Origin: Macrostomum lignano
Taxonomy: Eukaryota
Assembly: GCA_002269645.1 (NCBI GenBank)
Contig: NIVC01001762.1
Span: 1-64,000, forward strand
DNA length: 64,000 nt
Direction: 5' to 3'
Part shown: positions 59,601 through 64,000 of the stretch, piece by piece
Position numbering within the stretch: the stretch's first letter is position 1
How the letters are laid out: each line of letters opens with the position of its first letter
Notes under the pieces: generated by a model
The model's input: the letters and a program-made list of their open reading frames with translations, nothing else
What the model was told of the DNA's origin: nothing
The model's database searches: none
Translations under genes and position numbers: made by a program

Positions 59601-62024
59601 ATTCTCCTCAGTGTGTTATGGAGGGTATGAATTCTCCTCAGTGTGTTATGGAGGGTATGAATTCTCCTTAGTACGTTATGGAGGGTATGAATTCTCCTGA
59701 GTGTGTTATGGAGGGTATTAATTCTCCCCAGTGTGTTATGGAGGGTGTGAATTCTCCTCAGTGTGTTATGGAGGGTATGAATTCTCCTCAGTGTGTTATG
59801 GAGGGTATGAATTCTCCCTAGTGTGTTATGGAGGGTATGAATTCTCCTCAGTGTGTTATGGAGGGTATGAATTCTCCTCAGTGTGTTATGGAGGGTATTA
59901 ATTCTCCTCAGTGTGTTATGGAGGGTATGAATTCTCCCCAGTGTGTTATGGAGGGTATGAATTCTCCCTAGTGTGTTATGGAGGGTATGAATTCTCCCCA
60001 GCGTATTATGTAGGGTATGAATTCTCCCCAGTGTGTTATGGAGGGTATGAATTCTCCTCAAGTGTGTTTTGGAGGGTATGAATTCTCCCCCAGTGTGTTA
60101 TGGAGGGTATGAATTCTCCTTAGTACGTTATGGAGGGTATGAATTCTCCTGAGTGTGTTATGGAGGGTATTAATTCTCCCCAGTGCGTTATGGAGGGTGT
60201 GAATTCTCCTCAGTGTGTTATGGAGGGTATGAATTCTCCTCAGTGTGTTATGGAGGGTATGAATTCTCCTCAGTGTGTTATGGAGGGTATGAATTCTCCC
60301 TAGTGTGTTATGAAGGGTATGAATTCTCCCTAGTGTGTTATGGAGGGTATGAATTCTCCCCAGCGTATTATGTAGGGTATGAATTCTCCCCAGTGTGTTA
60401 TGGAGGGTATGAATTCTCCTCAAGTGTGTTATGGAGGGTATGAATTCTCCCCAGTGTGTTATGGAGGGTATGAATTCTCCCCAGTGTGTTATGGAGGGTA
60501 TGAATTCTCCTTAGTGTGTTATGGAGGGTATGAATTCTCCTCAGTGTGTTATGGAGGGTATGAATTCTCCTCAGTGTGTTATGGAGGGTATGAATTCTCC
60601 CCAGTGTGTTATGGAGGGTATGAATTCTCCTCAGTGTGTTATGGAGGGTATGAATTCTCCTGAGTGTGTTATGGAGGGTATGAATTCTCCCCAGTGTGTT
60701 ATGGAGGGTATGAATTCTCCTCAAGTGTGTTATGGAGGGTATGAATTCTCCTTAGTGTGTTATGGAGGGTATGAATTCTCCTCAGTGTGTTATGGAGGGT
60801 ATGAATTCTCCTCAGTGTGTTATGGAGGGTATGAATTCTCCTCAGTGTGTTATGGAGGGTATGAATTCTCCTCAGTGTGTTATGGAGGGTATGAATTCTC
60901 CTCAGTGTGTTATGGAGGGTATGAATTCTCCTCAGTGTTTATGGAGGGTATAAATTCTCCTCAGTGTATTATGGAGGGTATGAATTCTCCCCAGTGTGTT
61001 ATGGAGGGTATGAATTCTCCTCAGTGTGTTATGGAGGGTATTAATTCTCCCCAGTGTGTTATGGAGGGTATGAATTCTCCTCAGTGTGTTATGGAGGGTA
61101 TGAATTCTCCCCAGTGTGTTATGGAGGGTATGAATTCTCCTCAGTGTGTTATGGAGGGTATGAATTCTCCCAGTGTGTTATGGAGGGTATGAATTCTCCT
61201 CAGTGTGTTATGGAGGGTATGAATTCTCCTCAGTGTGTTATGGAGGGTATGAATTCTCCTCAGTGTGTTATGGAGGGTATGAATTCTCTCCAGTGTGTTA
61301 TGGAGGGTATGGATTCTCCTGAGTGTGTTATGGAGGGTATGAATTCTCCCCAGTGTGTTATGGAGAGTATGAATTCTCTCCAGTGTGTTATGGAGGGTAT
61401 GGATTCTCCCCAGTGTGTTATGGAGGGTATGAATTCTCCTCAGTGTGTTATGGAGGGTATGAATTCTCCTTAGTATGTTATGGAGGGTATGAATTCTCCC
61501 CAGTGTGTTATGGAGGGTATCAGTTCTCCCCAGTGTGTTATGGAGGGTATAAATTCTCCCCAGTGTGTTATGGAGAGTATGAATTCTCCTCAGTGTGTTA
61601 TGGAGGGTATGAATTCTCCTCAGTGTGTTATGGAGGGTATGAATTCTCCTCAGTGTGTTATAGAGGGTATGAATTCTCCTCAAGTGTGTCATGGAGGGTA
61701 TGGATTCTCATCAAGTGTGTCATGAATGGATAAAAATTCACCTCAGTGTGTTATGGAAAGGTATGAATTCTCCATATTTGGTCATAGAGGATAACTGGAA
61801 TGTATCCAGGTGGTCACAAAAAGCCAAATCTGCATAGTTAATGCCCGGTATCCTCACTGCTATTCCCACCCTCTCGCTTGCCTGCAGACAGAGGAGGAGA
61901 TCCAGACGCTCCGCCAGGTGCTATCGTCCAAGATCCGGCACGCCAACGATTTGAAACGGAAGCTGGGCATCACCGTGTTTGGCGAGCTGCGCAGCTCCCT
62001 GCAGCACTGGAAGGAGTCTGACAC
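53670..62024 (+). CDS. TPD52: Tumor protein D52-family protein; exons 53670-53691, 54885-55027, 61888-62024; continues past the window
   Basis: MDNTNYQ|DPGLY...MSPEEREHQRREWAQELEK|TEEEIQTLRQVLSSKIRHANDLKRKLGITVFGELRSSLQHWKESDT matches the D52 coiled-coil (EL.K.EEEI.TL.QVL..K......KRKLG). Intron phases 1 and 0 are consistent. Confidence 0.87.
55120..55640. repeat. 31-bp minisatellite in TPD52 intron 2
   Basis: Unit TGACCATTATGACTCACGGGTCACATGATTA. Confidence 0.9.
56245..56845. repeat. 32-36 bp minisatellite in TPD52 intron 2
   Basis: Unit CTATTCTAGCCTCTAGATTAGCTAAGCCTGAT(TTAT). Confidence 0.9.
57490..61770. repeat. 30-bp minisatellite, about 140 copies, with higher-order duplications
   Basis: Unit CAGTGTGTTATGGAGGGTATGAATTCTCCT; explains all MNSPQCVMEG and CYGGYEFSSV ORFs. 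Confidence 0.97.
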
Positions 62025-62109
62025 GTGAGCTGAATTTGCCTGCGGCTGTCAGTCGTTGGCAACTGACAGATTGAGTTTCAAGCTTGAATCCTGGGGAGTC
62101 ATCCTGAAT

Positions 62110-62775
62110 CTGCACTGAGAAATCCCTGAACCTGCCCTGAGGAATCGCTCCTGAACCTGTCCTGAGAAATCGCCTCTGAACCTGTCCTGAAAATCGCCCC
62201 TGCGTCTGTCCTGAAGAATCGCCCCTGAGCCTGTGCTGAAGAATCGCCCCTGAACCTGTCCTGAGAAATCGCCTCTGAACCTGTCCTGAAGAATCGCCCC
62301 TGCGTCTGTCCTGAAGAATCGCCCCTGAGCCTGTGCTGAAGAATCGCCCCTGAACCTGTCCTGAGGAATCGCCCCTGAACCTGTCCTGAGGAATCGCCTC
62401 TGCAACTGTCCTGAAAAATCGCCCCTGAGCCTGTCCTGAAGAATCGCCCCTGAACCTGTCCTGAAGAATCGCCCCTGAGCCTGTCTCGAAGAATCGCCCC
62501 TGCGTCTGTCCTGAGGAATCGCCCCTGAACCTGTCCTTAAAAATCGCCCCTGAACCTATCCTGAACAATCGCCCCTGAGCCTGTCCTGAAGAATCGCCCC
62601 TGGACCTTTCTCGAAGAATCACCCCTGAAACTGTCCTGAAGAATCGCCCCTGAACCTGTCCTGAAGAATCGCCCCTGAGCCTGTCCTGAAGAATCGCCCC
62701 TGAGCCTATCTCGAAGAATCGCCCCTGAACCTGTCCTGAAGAATCGCCCCTGAGCCTGTGCTGAGGAATCGCCCT
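62110..62775. repeat. 25-bp minisatellite in TPD52 intron 3
   Basis: Unit GAATCGCCCCTGAACCTGTCCTGAA. Confidence 0.93.
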
Positions 62776-63274
62776 TAATATCTACGAGTACTAGGATCCC
62801 AAACCTGAACCCCTTAGAAATCTGACACGCGCTGATAGAAGAGAAAATTGCACTTTGCCAGGTCTTTGCCGCAATCACAATTAGCCAATAATTTTGTTTC
62901 ACAAAATCGGATTCACAGCGAACCCATTTTTGCAGCCCTAGTTTTTGTCCCGCTGCCAGCCCTTGAGCTCCCATTTCTGCTCCGTTCGCTCCCCTTTCAC
63001 TGGACCTCTATTTCCCCTAACACTTGTTTGAACTTCTGCCCCACTGCTTCCCATGAGAGTCCCCCGCCCCCTCCCCCATTTTTATTGCCCCTCCTCCTCC
63101 TCGATTCCCATCTGACCCGGTTCCGCCACTGAGCTCACAGCAGCATTCGACTTCAATTTTTTGCTTTTTATATTGTTTAAAAAAGCGCATATTATCTCGT
63201 GTTGCCTACTAGCAGTAGGCTATTAAATATCTGCGTTTGGTTGCCTTTTTTACAGGCGAATTATCAGAAGTAGC

Positions 63275-64000
63275 AGGAAGGAAGGAAGGAAAGGAAGGAA
63301 AGGAAGGAAGGAAGGAAGGAAGGAAGGAAAGAAAGGAAGGAAGGAAGGAAGGAAGGAAAGAAAGGAAGGAAGGAAGGAAGGAAGGAAGGAAAGAAAGGAA
63401 GGAAGGAAGGAAGAAAGGAAGGAAAGGAAGGAAGGAAGGAAGGAAGGAAGGAAGGAAGGAAGGAAGGAAGGAAAGGAAGGAAGGAAGGAAGGAAGGAAGG
63501 AAAGAAAGGAAGGAAGGAAGGAAGGAAGGAAGGAAGGAAGGAAAGAAAGGAAGGAAGGAAGAAAGGAAGGAAAGGAAGGAAGGAAGGAAGGAAGGAAAGG
63601 AAGGAAGGAAAGAAGGAAGGAAAGAAAGGAAGGAAGGAAGGAAGGAAGGAAGGAAGGAAGGAAGGAAAGAAAGGAAGGAAGAAAGGAAGGAAAGGAAGGA
63701 AAGGAAGGAAGGAAAGAAAGGAAGGAAAGAAAAGAAGGAAGGAAGAAAGGAAGGAACGAAGGAAAGAAAGGAAGGAAGAAAGGAAGGAAAGGAAGAAAGG
63801 AAGGAAGGAAGGAAGGAAGGAAGGAAGGAAAGAAAGGAAGGAAGGAAGGAAGGAAGAAAGGAAGGAAAGGAAGGAAGGAAAGAAAGGAAGGAAGGAAAGA
63901 AAAGAAGGAAGGAAGAAAGGAAGGAAAGGAAGGAAGGAAGGAAGGAAGGAAGGAAGGAAGGAAGGAAAGAAAGGAAGGAAGGAAGGAAGGAAGGAAGGAA
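63275..64000. repeat. (GGAA)n microsatellite running off the window end
   Basis: Direct reading. Confidence 0.97.

Overview
Eukaryotic (animal) genomic DNA, not prokaryotic: spliced genes with GT..AG introns, about 20 minisatellite arrays and several transposon classes. GC-rich Ala/Gln-run exons with minisatellite-filled introns suggest a flatworm such as Macrostomum, but this is an inference. Bases 1-5729 are the right arm of a Polinton/Maverick (adintovirus-like) element, all on the minus strand: terminus with hairpin repeats, TATA/CCAAT promoter, tandem-PC4 protein, DDE integrase with chromodomain, penton, a Lys/Arg-rich pVII-like core protein with an adenain-type cleavage site, hexon and adenain protease. 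The virion genes are broken by single-base frameshifts, while integrase and PC4 are intact. Bases 5.7-17 kb are AT-rich, with a Merlin transposase relic, an inverted pair of Penelope-type hammerhead ribozyme motifs and a Helitron-like insertion at an A|T site. Four host genes follow: a PIAS-family SUMO ligase (+, 2 exons), a PDZ+ASD2 Shroom-family gene (+, 6 exons), presenilin (-, 3 exons found, 5' end not found) and a TPD52-family gene (+, 3 exons, continuing past the window). The most novel-looking signals are (i) a 130-155 nt element present twice (28064-28216 +, 39624-39754 -) with five compensatory base-pair changes, one copy inside a tRNA-derived SINE; (ii) the pVII-like and tandem-PC4 genes of the Polinton; (iii) the hammerhead pair; and (iv) three distant minisatellites sharing the core RAATCGCCCCT. 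All alignments and folds were done by eye; no database searches were run.
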